This document shows, piece by piece, positions 1 to 14,094 of a stretch of DNA of 64,000 nucleotides (position 1 is the stretch's first letter; each line of letters begins with the position of its first letter). The stretch is from the NCBI GenBank assembly GCA_964016885.1, contig OZ024741.1:193750001-193814000 (forward strand), given 5' to 3'. The DNA comes from Eledone cirrhosa (Eukaryota). The notes under the pieces were generated by a model. That model was not told the origin of the DNA. It searched no databases and was given only the letters and a program-made list of their open reading frames with translations. Position numbers and translations under genes: made by a program.

Positions 1-500
1 ACATGCAGCACTGCTGGTCAGAGTCCCCAAAGTCACATGCTGGGCTGTCTTTCATTTTCCATTGATGGAGATGATGGGCTGTCTTATCATGTTGTGCAGA
101 TCCAATTAAGCGACACCCATTACTTTCCAGGAAGTTCAAAGCTGGCTGGTTTAGATATGGAGTCCTGGAAGAGGTCTTGGTTAGCAAATTTGGATGCATT
201 CCATGATCTTTGCCACTCTTCCTTCAGATCAAAGTTAAAGGGTCTTCATTGATTCCCAGAATGGTTTGCGTGATTTCAACAGCACGTTGGGAACATTTTC
301 CAGGTCTTGGTAGATAGGAAGGTCGGCCTTGGACTTGGTAAGAAGTGCTGTCTCGCAGATCATTTGCTAATGTCACATGTAAGAAAGGGTAGGCAGCCAC
401 TGAATAGGTGTAGATTTCAGTGTGCCAAATACTATTCTCATTGCAGAATTGAAGATGGTGTCAACTTAGCTCCACTGCTAAGTTCATCATAGTAACCACA
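1..500 (-). mobile_element. Decayed RTE-X-like LINE, C-terminal fragment
   Basis: Minus-strand translation gives FDLKEEWQRSW...FELPGK*WVSLN...WKMKDSPACD, resembling the PGFDLPRxxWxxLNR...WKxKDSPACDCG C-terminus of RTE-X ORFs. Stops and frameshifts are present. Confidence 0.6.
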
Positions 501-699
501 ACACAAGAGAACAAGGGCATGTGTTTACTCCTCTATTGAATAAGTTTTTCATGATAGTTATAACACGAGGCAGTAAAGTTGACAACAAATGCTGGATGAA
601 GTAACTCTCTTAGCTAGATACTAAATTTCTATTAATACCTAGTGCTGGTGTTACTATAAAATCTACCAAGTACACCTTGTAAAATGTTAATGCTAACCA

Positions 700-958
700 G
701 TACACTCTGTAAAGTGGTAGTGCTGGTGCCACAATAAAATGCACCCAGCACATTCTGTAGAGTGATAATGATGATGTCATGGAAAAACACACCCAGTATA
801 CCATGTAAGGTGATTGGTGTCAGGGAGGGCATCCGGGGAGAGAAATCATGCCAGTTATGGAACATATGAATAAGATGACCTGTCTGGTCTTGGACTGTGA
901 CAATCTGTCAAATCCCTACCAGTGTGGAAAGTGGTCGTAAAAATGATGATGACGATGT
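700..958 (+). mobile_element. RTE LINE 3' UTR remnant with (ATG)n tail
   Basis: Carries the gtaaagtgg/gcacccagc/ggtgtcagggagggcatcc motifs and atgatgatgacgatg tail found at the 3' ends of the RTE copies at 30.7-31.2, 35.4-36.0 and 46.2-46.7 kb. Confidence 0.65.
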
Positions 959-994
959 TGATTTTCTTCAGTAGGTAAAGATTTGTTAATTTTC

Positions 995-1118
995 TCTATT
1001 TACTTTGTTAGTAACAAAAAATTAACAAGCCTTCATTAAAGATGAGAAGTGGAGATTCTATTTACTTTGTTAGTAACAAAAAATTAACAAGCCTTCATTA
1101 AAGATGAGAAGTGGAGAT
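995..1118. repeat. 62-bp tandem duplication, 2 copies
   Basis: tctatttactttgttagtaac...gagaagtggagat starts at both 995 and 1057. Confidence 0.9.
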
Positions 1119-1469
1119 AAAATTAAGGGCAGACAAATTATACAAACAAAATACCTACCTTACTGTTTCTGAAAACAGATAAAGCTGAGACTTTTTTAGA
1201 TCTCATCATATGGAAAGTTTCACAATTCTCCCTGGAAAATATACAAATGTAGGAGTTAGTTGCTGTTTGTGACGAAATTATGAAATTCTACACAGAGAAC
1301 ACACAGTGCAACTGGCAATCTTCCACCAAAGAAGACTAAAAGTTAATCGAGGGTTTTTGTCTCACTATATTACACATTTAACCATTTTAATACAAAGCTG
1401 TCTGAAACCGCCCTGGGTTTATGATATACAACTGTTCATTTTAATATGTTTATACTTTTATTAAAATAT

Positions 1470-3080
1470 CATCATTGTTTTTACGCCCGTTTTTCAATGT
1501 TCGTATGGGTTCTTTCCACCCACCGCATTCCTGTCATCTCCTCTGCAAGTCTCAGCGATTTGAGATCAGCTTTCACCACCTAAACCCAGGTTATCCTTGG
1601 TCTACCTTTAAGGCGGCTTCTACCACTGAGATTTCTTGGCACTTCTTCACCCAGCAATCATCATCCATGTACACCACATGTCTATACCAAAGCAGTCTTC
1701 TCTCTTGCACACTACTTGATTCCTCTTAAACTTAGTTTATCCTTCAGTTTATCCAGACTCTGCCATTCTCACATTTACATTACACATCCAACAAAGCATG
1801 ATAACTTCATTTCTCTCCAGTCACTGCTCATGTTTTGCTACTATGCAGCCGGTCTTAAACTCTTCTGTTATGGCCTGGAAGATTATGATGAACAGCAGTG
1901 GGCTAAGAACCAAACCTTGAATTTCTCACTAAACCCACTTCCTACTCTCATTTTACTGACAGCTCCTCTGTATATGGCTTGCACTGCTCTCACAAGTCAT
2001 TCTTCTACACCTAATTTTCTTAATGACTACCAGATAACGGAATGAGGTAGTCTGTCAAAGGCCTTTTCTAGATCAACAAAAGCTAGATATAGCAGCCTAT
2101 TCTTGGCTAGGAACTTCTCTTATAGGCGTCTCACTAAGATGAGAGCATCTGTAGTACTCTTCCAAGGTATAAAACCGAACTACACCTTGTCTAATTTGAC
2201 TCTTTCCCTAATTAGCTTTCATAACTTGCTCCATCGGTTTTATTTCTCTGTAGTTGCTCCTTTATCCTTTATGACTGAACTGCAGCACAAGTCATTGAGT
2301 ATGACTCCGCCGTGTATTACTTGATTGACTATGTAGGTTACTAGTTAAACTCTTACTTTTCCCATTGCTTTTAGCATCTCAGCAGTTATCTCTGATGGTC
2401 CTACAGCTTTACAATTCTTCATTTCCTGGATTACTTCTTTGACCATATAAATGCCAACTTTAATAGCTGGTCCTTCTGTTGGGTAAATTGGGCATAGTCA
2501 CTCCTCCTTCCATTCATTCTCAACATTCATTAGTCTCTCATAGTAACATTTCCAATCATGCTAAGTGCACAAGTGTCATCTCTAACACACTTTTCTGCAA
2601 CATCCAAATTCCCACTGACACAGTCTTGCAATGGGGAAACACTTCACATCTCTGATCCTCACATTGCCTGACATTGGCAAATTTTCTTTCTTTAATCTCT
2701 TTCCAAACTATGTGCACCTGCCATCTAGCTTCTCACTTAGCTATCTAGTACTGGTTTCTGCTACCCCATTTTTCCAGTTTCTACGCGTCTCTTGGCTTTA
2801 TCCACTGTGCTGTTCTACCACCAGGTCACCCTGTCTGGCTAGTGCTTTACTCCAAACCACAAGTCTTATCAGTAGTTCACAATAGGTTGTCACATAAAAA
2901 TTTCCTATTGTCCTCTATGTCATATGTATCTAACTTGTCTCCCTTCTCATCAAATACATGCCATATGTATCTAACTTGTCTCCCTTCTCATCAAATACAT
3001 CCCATAAGGCCCTTCTAAAAGTATTTAAGCTTCCAAACCTTTCCATCTCCCTATTTTCCTGCGTATCTTGTCCCGCTTGT
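1470..3080 (-). mobile_element. Decayed RTE-clade LINE (RT region to 3' end)
   Basis: Colinear similarity to the 31.6-34.7 kb element (LAFVDLEKAFDR, PTEGPAI, KKCQEI motifs) with many stops. There is an internal tandem duplication of about 40 bp near 2921-3000. Confidence 0.8.
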
Positions 3081-5458
3081 GTTTATCCCGATTCAGTAAT
3101 TTTTCAAACATCAGTTTACTAATGAAACGGTTAATTACTTCATTAAATTAAAATTATTGTATATAAACAATGTATTTCATTAGTAATATAGTAACAAAAA
3201 AGTTAGAGCTTATAGTATGCGTATATACAAGTTTTTGTATACGTTTGTATGCGCACACGTGGTTTTCCTCGTATTTACATGTCTAGAGTTACTCCAGTAT
3301 GTTTGTTACAACACTAATTTCAAAAGTCACGTTTCAGTATTGTAACTATTATTTAATGAATTGGCAGTATCGGTAGAGGGTTAGACATGCATATGCAAAA
3401 ACTGAAATGAAAAAACTGGATGGTGAAGGCTAGAATGTTTTTGATCAAAGGTTTTCTTAATTAGGGTTAAACTGGTGCAGACAACATACAAACTAATCAA
3501 TTTCTCAAAAGAGAAACTAATTGACAAGGTAATTCCATTAACAAATGTATATATTTAGAACCTAATAACTTATTCATATAATTAATTACATTAAACTGTA
3601 TAAATAGGCATTTTAAATTTAATAATTAGAAAAACAGTTTATTAGCTTCCTTGTCCATCCAGGTGTGTACGTACGTATGTTGACGTGCCGACAATTTTCA
3701 ACGGCGAGTTAAAATACATAATATAACTCAAACTCTGATTATTGGTGTTACAATTAGAATGCCATCAGAATCGGTAGGACAGTAGTCTTGTGGGATTTCA
3801 CCACATCTGTTTGTTATCAGTTCAAATTTCGCATAAATTGACTTTTGTCGTTCATACATCCGGGATAGATAAAAATATAAAAAAAGGCAATATAGGAGTT
3901 AACGTACTGTTTTTACTTTCCTTGGGTATTTTCTATTAATGATGCGGATGTTTTTAATAGAAAGTACACAAGAAAAAAGACACTAGGAAATAACTGAAGA
4001 AATTAAGAAAATAAACAAGGAAAACAAATCTAACAGTGATGGTCATAGACAAAAATCTGAATTTTGAGAAGCACTTATCAGAGAAAATATAGACTGGTGG
4101 GGTATTTAGCATTCACTTTTACTATCTACGTTAAAAAATGTTATGTAATTGTTCACTTATTTCATGGATTTACTCTTTTATAACAATAGTACTTCAATTA
4201 GCTGTAAATGACGCATTAAGCTAGCCAGTGGTCGAGCATTGAACACCAAATTCTCTTTGCTATATCTCAACAATATTTCCTTCATTTGTTTAAAATTATT
4301 ATTGCTATAACAATGTTGTCTTCAATTGTTTAAATTTTTTATCGATAGAGTATAATAATAATTATTATTATTGCTACCAGTCATTTGTTTAGGCAACGTG
4401 AACATGTGATACAGCGTATCGCCTAAATAAAGTACTAATGTTGATTTAATTCATAATTCCTTTCCCCTAAAAAGATTACTGGCTTTGTCCTCACACCACA
4501 AAACTCATATAGTTATGATTAGAATTAATATTAAAGTATGGAAACTCGAGATTCTTGTGAAGTGATTTATAAATATGCGATTCACAAAAGGAAATAGAAT
4601 AAAGATGGCGTTAAGAAGAAGAAAAACACAATACAGTTAATTAATATATATCTTAAGGAGGGAATAGAAAAGATGAAAAAATATAATAAAATGTAAAACC
4701 TTGCTCGTTGGTTTTTATGGTAAAAGTAAAAGAAAACTTACAAGCGAGAAAAATATCCACGTGAAGAATTTAAATATACTGGTTACAACGGTTTATTACC
4801 TCCCTTAGTTGTAAATAACGCGGGGGTGAATTTAATTACCTGTTTAAATTCATAGTTAACCCCGCCCCCTCTCTCTTTCTATTCAGCATTGTTAGCGCCG
4901 AGCCAGGGGTTCGATATAATATTAAGTATTTATTTTTCAATTTGAATAATTGTTTCTACTTTTGGCACAAGGCCAGCAATTATCCCAGTACATTATTGGT
5001 GCTTTATTATATCGACCCCGTAAGGATAAAAGGAGAAGTTAACCTCGGCGGGATAATTTGAATAATGAACATGATTCACAAAAGAGACAAACCAAGAGAA
5101 ATTAATCAGGGGGAAAAAAACATGCTCATTCAATTACACGCAACAAGGAATTTTGGTGTTTCTCTCTAAAATTCTTTGGGGGTAAGCCAAAGCACGACAT
5201 TACTGCGAGTGATAGCGCGGACAAGGTGCTGAAATAGCCAGGCACCCTCACAAGCATGGCAACAATGGCAAGAACCTTGTTGTTAGCGGTCCAGCTCACC
5301 CGAATGTCACGGGCTGAAAAAAATATTTTGCCGAAAATTCATGGTATTTCGGAACTATATTCCGTTCGGCTAGGCATGTAGTACCTACACCGCCTTCGCT
5401 GCTACATCCAAGATATGAAAAGGAGCGAAATAACAACAGACTCTGGCGTCCTATATGT

Positions 5459-5491
<33 letters not shown>

Positions 5492-5599
5492 CAACTTCTT
5501 TTTCGTTTCTAAGGGTGTTGAACAAAGAACGTGCCATAAGTATTACTGTTTATAATAACTAATTCGCTGGACTGTGTAAGTGGTTGAGCATGTGTGACG

Positions 5600-7085
5600 G
5601 CTGAACGAGTATTCTCCAACCCCAACTAACTGTTCCGGCTGACAGGATGGAGAATACATTGCCCCGGAAGGTCGCAAAGGAGACGCGTTGGGCTCGCAGT
5701 GAGTAGGGATGTGGTCTGAGGGCCAAGAACGCCGGAAGTCTCCACTGTTACAGGCTCTACCACAAACCTATCAGAGAGCGGCCAATACTTTGACAATTTG
5801 CCCTCTTCGGGCTGGGGACAGCAGAGCCTGGGCTGGTAACCGAACACACCAGGTTGCCACAAGAGAGGGTGTTGCAGCGTGTCTCATCCCAGATGAGGAC
5901 CCTACTCCGCAGAACGGGAAGATTATCATGCCGCCTGGCCTTTTGCCATCCCTTTAGTCCAGCCCCACTAGCTCGAGCTGGAAAGGAAAATCTGTACCGT
6001 CCAGACCACGCTTTATGATCTAGTTGAGAGTAGCATGGCATGGGAGGTGACCGTCACTGTAACGCCATGACAGTGGGTGGAGACCGAAAGGATCCACAGT
6101 GGTACCGCAGCGGCATTTGTGAGGCTGAACTGGTTCCCTGTTGCGTAGGCCACCTAGAGTTCCCCTATCACAGTAGGTTTAGTCGTGTTGTGGGGTACCA
6201 ACCCTGTTGATGAGGATATGGCAAGAGATCAACGATGAAAGGAAAGCAGGCAGGGTCAGTGACACTGGAAACTGGAGACCGAGGTCGCCATATCTGACGG
6301 GTAAGGTGACCTGTTGCCACCCGGTATAGTCAAACCGGACGTTGCATCTCTTCTCATCAGCCCATCAGATGCAGGCATCGAGATCTGTGAGGGGAGATGC
6401 TTGGTTGTAGCTGAAGGCACTGCGGAAAGTGCATAAGAGCTTCGGAATGGCGAAGCAGCTCCTCAACAGAAAGAGTGCTGGGTGAGCGTCGATCAAGTTC
6501 AGTCTACTCGTCAGAGTTTTTAGCTGGCGTAGCCTGAACCTGAGAGTAAAACGAATGGCAGGCGGGAGGATCGGCAAACCAAGAATAAGAACGTCTTCCT
6601 TCGGGGTCATCTGCACGTGGTGGAATGATGCCCGTACATCCGAGACATGGGCCACGAAACCCTCTGTGTCATGTTTACTACCTCCAACATGGACGAGTTG
6701 ATCTCGATGCCGATCCTCGCCAGAGCGTGAACCACTGATTGGAGATCATGATGGACGCTCTCTGCGGGCCCACCTAACACTACATCGTCCAGGTACCAGA
6801 CCTTGTTAGGGGCGGTGATACTCCGAGCAACGCTGTCCACCCCGCGAGCGGAGAGAAGGGTACCTAGCAGATGGCCCCGTTGGACGCCGGTTGGGGAGGT
6901 TTGATTTTGTCAGCACTGAGGAGGATACTCGGGGACTCTTATGACAGGTGTAGACCAGTGGGTAGGCGGACGGGGCACGGCTGAGGCAACCCTCGAGCCT
7001 GTGGTCGCGGTACAAACAGTTGAAGGTGTTTCTCATGTCAAGCTTGACGATGAGATGCCTGGAAACATCGGTTCGGGAGGACAGC
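5600..7085 (-). mobile_element. CRE-clade non-LTR retrotransposon remnant (RT plus restriction-like endonuclease)
   Basis: GC-rich island. Minus strand encodes IVKLDMRNTFN (RT motif A), WYLDD (motif C), AHPALFLLRSCFAIPKL, RDGKRPGG...LIWD (PD-D/ExK endonuclease) and PVTVETSGVLGP. Frameshifted. Confidence 0.8.
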
Positions 7086-7360
7086 TGTTGATAAAGTGAT
7101 GAACATCTATGAATATAACGTTTACATGACTGTATTTTAATGACTGTATTTCTTTAACTTTGCCTTTCATCCTTACGGGGTCGATAAAATAAAGTACCAG
7201 TAATGTACTGGGTAATTGCTGGCCTTGTGCCTAAAGTAGAAATAGTTATTTCTTTCTTTATTTTTCATTTTCTTTTTTTTTTTGTCATGTATTGATTAAT
7301 TTTCATAGTGAAAATATAGCTCAATGGGATTTTTTTTCCTCCTCATACATTAAACTAACA

Positions 7361-7545
7361 TTTGGCAGTATCGGTAGAGCGTCGGACACCATGCTTTGTA
7401 GCACAGAGTCATGGCCCTTTACGTTCCGAGTTCAAATCCTGCCGAGGTTAGCTTTGCCTTTCATCCTAATGGGATCAATAAAATAAAGTACCAGTAATGC
7501 ACTGGTTATTTCTGGCCCTGTGCCAAAAGAAGAAACAATTATTAT
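7361..7545 (+). mobile_element. tRNA-derived SINE with Meta-like core, full length
   Basis: A box tggcagtatcgg, B box gagttcaaatcc, core gcctttcatcc...gatcaataaaataaagtaccag, and tail ggccctgtgccaaaa...aattattatt. A partial copy lies at 7155-7250 and an antisense partial at 4948-5056. Confidence 0.85.
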
Positions 7546-7719
7546 TGATGATGTATTTAGTGGAAATATACAAATAAGTACTATTTGTTAAATCTTAAGT
7601 TAAAATTTGTTTCATTCGTCTGAAATCATTTGAAACGTCAGATAATATTCGTCTCTTTGAGTGTGATGATGATGATGATGATGAAGAACAAGAAAAAGAA
7701 TTAAATTCCAATCCTCAAT

Positions 7720-7955
7720 GATACAAACCCGGGGTGTGTGGGGGTAGTGTTCCCTTGTGTGTGGGAGCCCAGGTAAAGTCCGCCTCTTAGTCTCAGCGGA
7801 TTGAATGGAGGATGGCGAGGAAGACGCGTTGGAATAGCCATTCCAACTTACGGGGCTCATTCCTGCACGTGGCTCACTCCTCCCCGATAATAGAGAGTAG
7901 GGAGGTGGTCCGGGGACCAAGAATGCCGGAGTCTCCACTGCTACAGGTTCGACAG
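7720..7955 (-). mobile_element. CRE-like endonuclease C-terminal fragment
   Basis: Homologous to 5620-5770 (PVAVETxGILGP...WLFQRV). A second fragment of the same region lies on the + strand at about 8010-8170. Confidence 0.65.
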
Positions 7956-8230
7956 CAAAAATCTATTTTTATTTTCAAAATTAGTATTCATTTCATTATT
8001 TGATTTAGCGGGACATTCGAGTCGTTCGGAGGAATTGGGACGCTGACGACGAGGTTCTTATCTTTGCAGCGTGTCTAACTGAACTATCATGTGGTGCTTG
8101 GTTATTTGAGTACCTTAGCCTCACTATCACCTACGGCAATGCCTTGAATATCTTGGTTTGTCTCAAACCCGTTAGCATATTCATTATAAAAATTGCTTTT
8201 ATATATAATTAAAAGATATTATCCGGTTGA

Positions 8231-8437
8231 TTGGCAGAGGCGGTTGAGCGTCGGACACCATGCTTTGCAGCATAGAGTTTATGGCTCTTTACGTTCTGAG
8301 TTCAAATTTCGTTGAGATTAACTTTGCCCTTCATCCTTACAGGGGCGATAGAATAAAGTACTTACTGGGATCAATTTAGTCGATTTTCCCCTCCCCCAAA
8401 ATTGCAGGCCTTGCGCCTAAATCAGAAACTATTATTA
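8231..8437 (+). mobile_element. tRNA-derived Meta-like SINE
   Basis: Same A box, B box, core and tail as 7361-7545, more diverged. Confidence 0.8.
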
Positions 8438-9181
8438 CCCAGAAATTATATTTTTTACCTATGTAACATTACCTGGTGGTACTCAAAGTAGTAAAAGTCT
8501 ACTCCCAAAATGATCTGTTGTAGGACGGGTCACACACTAGCGTGCATGATAAAGCATACACACTGCAACAAGAAATGCTCATATTATTCTCTAAAAAAAC
8601 TTAAACGAAACACTAACAGAATTGCCGAGAGTGATAGAATGGCAGAAGCGCTAGAACAGCTAAACACCCTAACCAGCATCACTTGATAATTCTGTTATTG
8701 ACGTTTCCAAGGTTTCTTCATAATGCTGTTGATCTTTCTATTTTCCATTACTGTCTTCCGATATTTGAGATCAATCATTGGTTACAAAAGTCAGCTCCGA
8801 AGCTGTTGAGAAGGTCCTTGTCACAGAAATCATTTTTTAGTTCTTTTTCTACTTCTTTGTTTTTTCCCCTCCAGATTGTTGATGTCTAGTGTGATCTGCA
8901 GCAACGGTTCTTTCTCTACATGTTTGCCTTCTGTACTTACGGTCTCTGGCGGTGAATTGACATGGTTGTTAGAATGTCAGATGTCATGTTTTGCGGCATT
9001 CGTTCTAGCTCCCAGTGCTCTCTGAGTTCAAATCCCGCCGGGATTGATTTTGCCTTTCATCTTTAGTAGGATATTGTGATGATAATTATTTTTTTGTATT
9101 TGTGGTAAAATGAAGTATCCTAGTAGGATTGTTTATCGACATAGACGTGAGGGAAGGTCCCTCGTCTATTTACCATTTTTT

Positions 9182-9556
9182 TGTAAGTGAGAATTATAAC
9201 AAAGTGAGTGGGTGTGTGCGTAAACAAGACAATAACCACAGCGAGAGTTATATTCAACAAATGTAAATAATGGTGATGTTTATTTTGTTTATATGTGTTT
9301 ATTATATTACAAATGAAACATACCAAATATAGACGCGGTCAGTTGTGGTGAATTACAATTACAAAGGTATTGTGGGGTTTGCTGTTTGTTGTTCCCTTGG
9401 CTGTTTATCGTTTCGTGGTACAGAGGTTGTTTTCTGTGGCGTGTATACCGTCTGCTTTCCCGTGGCTGTCTCTGTTTACCTCTGGTGTTCTCAACCAGGG
9501 GGAGACAACTAGGGTTGTTCCATTATCCGCCAGGAGGCGTGAGGCGTCTTACTACA
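9182..9556 (-). mobile_element. Probable solo LTR, about 375 bp
   Basis: TG...CA ends with imperfect terminal inverted repeat (tgtaagtgaga / tcttactaca). AATAAA is present on the minus strand. Flanks ttttt/tattt could be a 5-bp TSD. Confidence 0.5.
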
Positions 9557-9671
9557 TATTTGTATTTGTATCAACAGAAGTCACCAATATAGCAGACATT
9601 TAATAGTCACCACTTTAGCTGTTAAATAATATTATGCCATGTAATAATAATATCAACGACAATATGTAGTT

Positions 9672-10466
9672 TGTTGTAGCAGGAAAGGTATGGTTTGTTA
9701 TATCAATAAATGTAAGTTTAAATTGAGGTTCAGCTGTAAGTCTCAGGTTCTGTTGCTGCTGTGATAATAACTCTGGAAAGAATCTTTCCATATCACATTT
9801 AAAGTCATAGCTGTGGTAATAGCAGCACAAGACTTTACAACGTTTTTACATAATGTGGTTAGAAAAAGCTATCTCACTTACTGCTTTTCATAGGCGCCGC
9901 TTAATCCCATGGCTGGGTTCTCCTCTTTCACGTGCGTACGATCCAACTCATTAACACCGGGAGCTGCCAAACTCGCGTCCACCACGTTCCTGATCACCGC
10001 TAGGGAGAGGCCGACCTGCTGGCCCTTCCGGTAGAGCACCCTTCCGGTCGAGCACCTTTCCGGCCAAGCACCCTTCCGGTCGAGCACTCCCCAGCTTCCG
10101 GCCACCGCACACCACACCATACCCACGCATAATTTATTTACAAACCGATTACAAAGGTTGAGCTGGCATGCCAAAACAAATTAAGAATTTAGAAGGTACG
10201 GCCAACTGGCTGAGGTATTGGCCAGGACCGTAGTTATATTGTTGTCGTTACATATTGGCTAATGGTCGACATCAAAAGAAAAATAGTATTTACCTTTCCA
10301 CAGTTGAAGCAACAAGAGATAAAATTTATCGAAAGTAGCAGGAAAGTCTCAGTTTAGGCGGAAGTTGAAAATACATATCCGTGCGCGGCTCACGATTGGC
10401 CTGACTTAGCCAAATCACGCACGAATAGCCTATCAATGCGCCAAGGAAAAGTAGCTTGCTACAATA
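9672..10466. mobile_element. Solo LTR (TGTT...AACA type, BEL/Pao-like) with a nested insertion
   Basis: Termini tgttgtagc / gctacaata. Colinear with the reverse complement of 49233-49789 except for an insert at 9855-10127. Confidence 0.65.
9855..10127 (-). mobile_element. 273-bp GC-rich insertion with 16-bp CCGGAA repeats, flanked by a CATAAT duplication
   Basis: CATAAT at 9849-9854 and 10128-10133. Absent from the paralogous LTR at 49.6 kb. ttccgg occurs at 10026, 10042, 10058, 10074 and 10096. Confidence 0.7.
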
Positions 10467-11372
10467 CCCCCTGTTTAGACCGGAAGGGCGATAAATAAGA
10501 AAAAAGTAAATTTACCAGTATGAAAATACTGATAAAGAGCAAATCAATGAAAAAAATTGAATGAATGAAAACAAGAAGAAAATTGTGAATGAGGCTCGAA
10601 GAGCCTGCGTTATATAAGCCTCTGTGTCAAATGACTAACTGTTTGCTATTTATAACGTGACCACCCGGGGTCTTCATAGAAAACGAATAAAGTCTGACAT
10701 TGGGCGAAAAATGTGTGAAGTGTTTTTAAAGTTGCTGTTCTTGCATTAATTGTTAGTTGTGGTAAATATTTTACACAATTTATCGAAAGTAACGGGAAGG
10801 TCTCAGTTTAGGCGGAAGTTGAAAATAAATATCCGTGCACGGCTCACGATTGGCCTGACTTAGCCAAATCACGCACGAATAGCCTATCAATGCGCCAAGG
10901 AAAAGTAGCTTGCTACAATACCCCCTGTTTAGACCGGAAGGGCGATAAATAAGAAAAAAGTAAATTTACCAGTATGAAAACACTGATAAAGAGCAAATCA
11001 ATGAAAAAAATTGAATGAATGAAAGCAAGAAGAAAATTGTGAATGAGGCTCGAAGAGCCTGCGTTATATAAGCCTCTGTGTCAAATGACTAACTGTTTGC
11101 TATTTATAACGTGACCACCCGGGGTCTTCATAGAAAACGAATAAAGTCTGACATTGGGCGAAAAATGTGTGAAGTGTTTTTAAAGTTGCTGTTCTTGCAT
11201 TAATTGTTAGTTGTGGTAAATATTTTACACAATTTATCGAAAGTAACGGGAAGGTCTCAGTTTAGGCGGAAGTTGAAAATAAATATCCGTGCACGGCTCG
11301 CGATTGGCCTGACTTACCAAATCACGCACGAATAGCCTATCAATGCGCCAAAGGAAAGTAGCTTGCCACACA
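10323..11372. repeat. 454-bp tandem repeat, 2.3 copies (B-X-B-X-B, where B is the 144-bp LTR end)
   Basis: aatttatcgaaagta starts at 10323, 10777 and 11231. Confidence 0.95.
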
Positions 11373-11919
11373 TCATTTCGAGGTCGATAAGAAAGTATCA
11401 GTCGAGTATTGAGGCCAATTCTTCCTCTGTATCTTTTTTTCTCGCTCTCTCTCTCTACCACGCTATCTCTTTCCTGTCTCTGCTCCTCTCTCTCACTCCT
11501 TCTCCTGAGAAAATCAGTCATGTTCAGATGTGGAGAGGAATGGGATCCACCACATTTAAAATACCCAAGAAACGCTGTATGCTACGACGGTGCCCCTACT
11601 ACTCCACTAGAAGTTACAGTCTTCAACTAACCTTTCTCAGTTGTTGACGTTCCTGGTTAAACCGCTTGGACAGCCATTGGAGTTGGCATTTTTCAATGGT
11701 AGTTTAAATTCTCAAGGATTTTGTTCTTGCAATTACATCATTGTTTAGTACATAACCATCTGTTTTGATATTCAGGATGAATGTATATGTGTGGAATTGA
11801 ATAATGGATGAGCGGGGCTTCTGAAATTTGTTTTATACGATGGAACATGACAGCTGCTGAATCCGGTGGAAGTAGGCGAGCTTCTCTCAAAATTCAAATG
11901 AATTGAGGAATTTTAAAAT

Positions 11920-12270
<351 letters not shown>

Positions 12271-12308
12271 CCTCATTACACAATGCTTCAAGTGAACTAT
12301 AACCTCCT

Positions 12309-13240
<932 letters not shown>

Positions 13241-13735
13241 TACCAAACTCGTCCCATGGACTGAGTGCTCTACCACTACAGATATTACCTTACAGTGTTC
13301 TACCTCTCTCTCTATATATATATTAAAATTTAGCTTCGGCATAGCTGTATACATACATGTATGTAAATTTCATATATCTAAAGATATACGGTATGTTAAA
13401 TAAATAAACTAGCTATGAATATTGGAAGGCCAGCGCCGTCTAGCGGATTCGAGCAGAAGCAGAGGGGGACAACTGTCAATGCGAATGTTGAGCTTCTGGC
13501 CCTCACCAGGACAGTACTTCCCATAGTCTCTGTGGGAATTTGAAGCAGGTAAAAATATATAGTTTTTTTTTTTCGTCTGTGTAGGTGGGCTAATTAAACT
13601 CATTTGCATATGCAGTTGTATAAATTGGCTCAACTTAAAAGTATAATTAAAATTCATACATGTATGTGAATTCGTATATCTAAGGATATACGGTATGTTT
13701 AATAGATAAACATTTTAAAAGCCCAGCTATATATT

Positions 13736-13815
<80 letters not shown>

Positions 13816-13939
13816 AGAAGAAATTAAAAGATGGTTAAAAAAGTTCCATGTATTTTATTATGCGCATTTCAAAAACAAATATCATCCTGGGACGATATTT
13901 GCATTGCTTTATTGTGCTACAATAAAATTCATCTCCTAC

Positions 13940-13976
<37 letters not shown>

Positions 13977-14094
13977 TTTCTGAATTTGTTTAGCAAGATT
14001 TTTTATCTGAAAACGTGTGTTGAAACCGATATTGTTATACTTTGGTGTAGGACAGAACAAAGGTGAGGCACAAAAACAAAGAAAAGAATCCACA

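Noticed and set aside
1155-1185. Possible 10-nt minus-strand micro-exon (ttttcag|AAACAGTAAG|gtaggt)
   Set aside because: Only splice-like motifs support it, and these are expected by chance in 64 kb.
7361-7445. A-box/B-box sequences as tRNA genes (also 8231, 60287, 60445)
   Set aside because: They are SINE heads. No full cloverleaf is present and they continue into SINE core and tail.
10592-10606. aggctc-gaa-gagcct hairpin near TATA- and CCAAT-like motifs, suggesting a histone gene stem-loop
   Set aside because: The loop is 3 nt rather than the 4-nt UUUC type, and no histone ORF is nearby.
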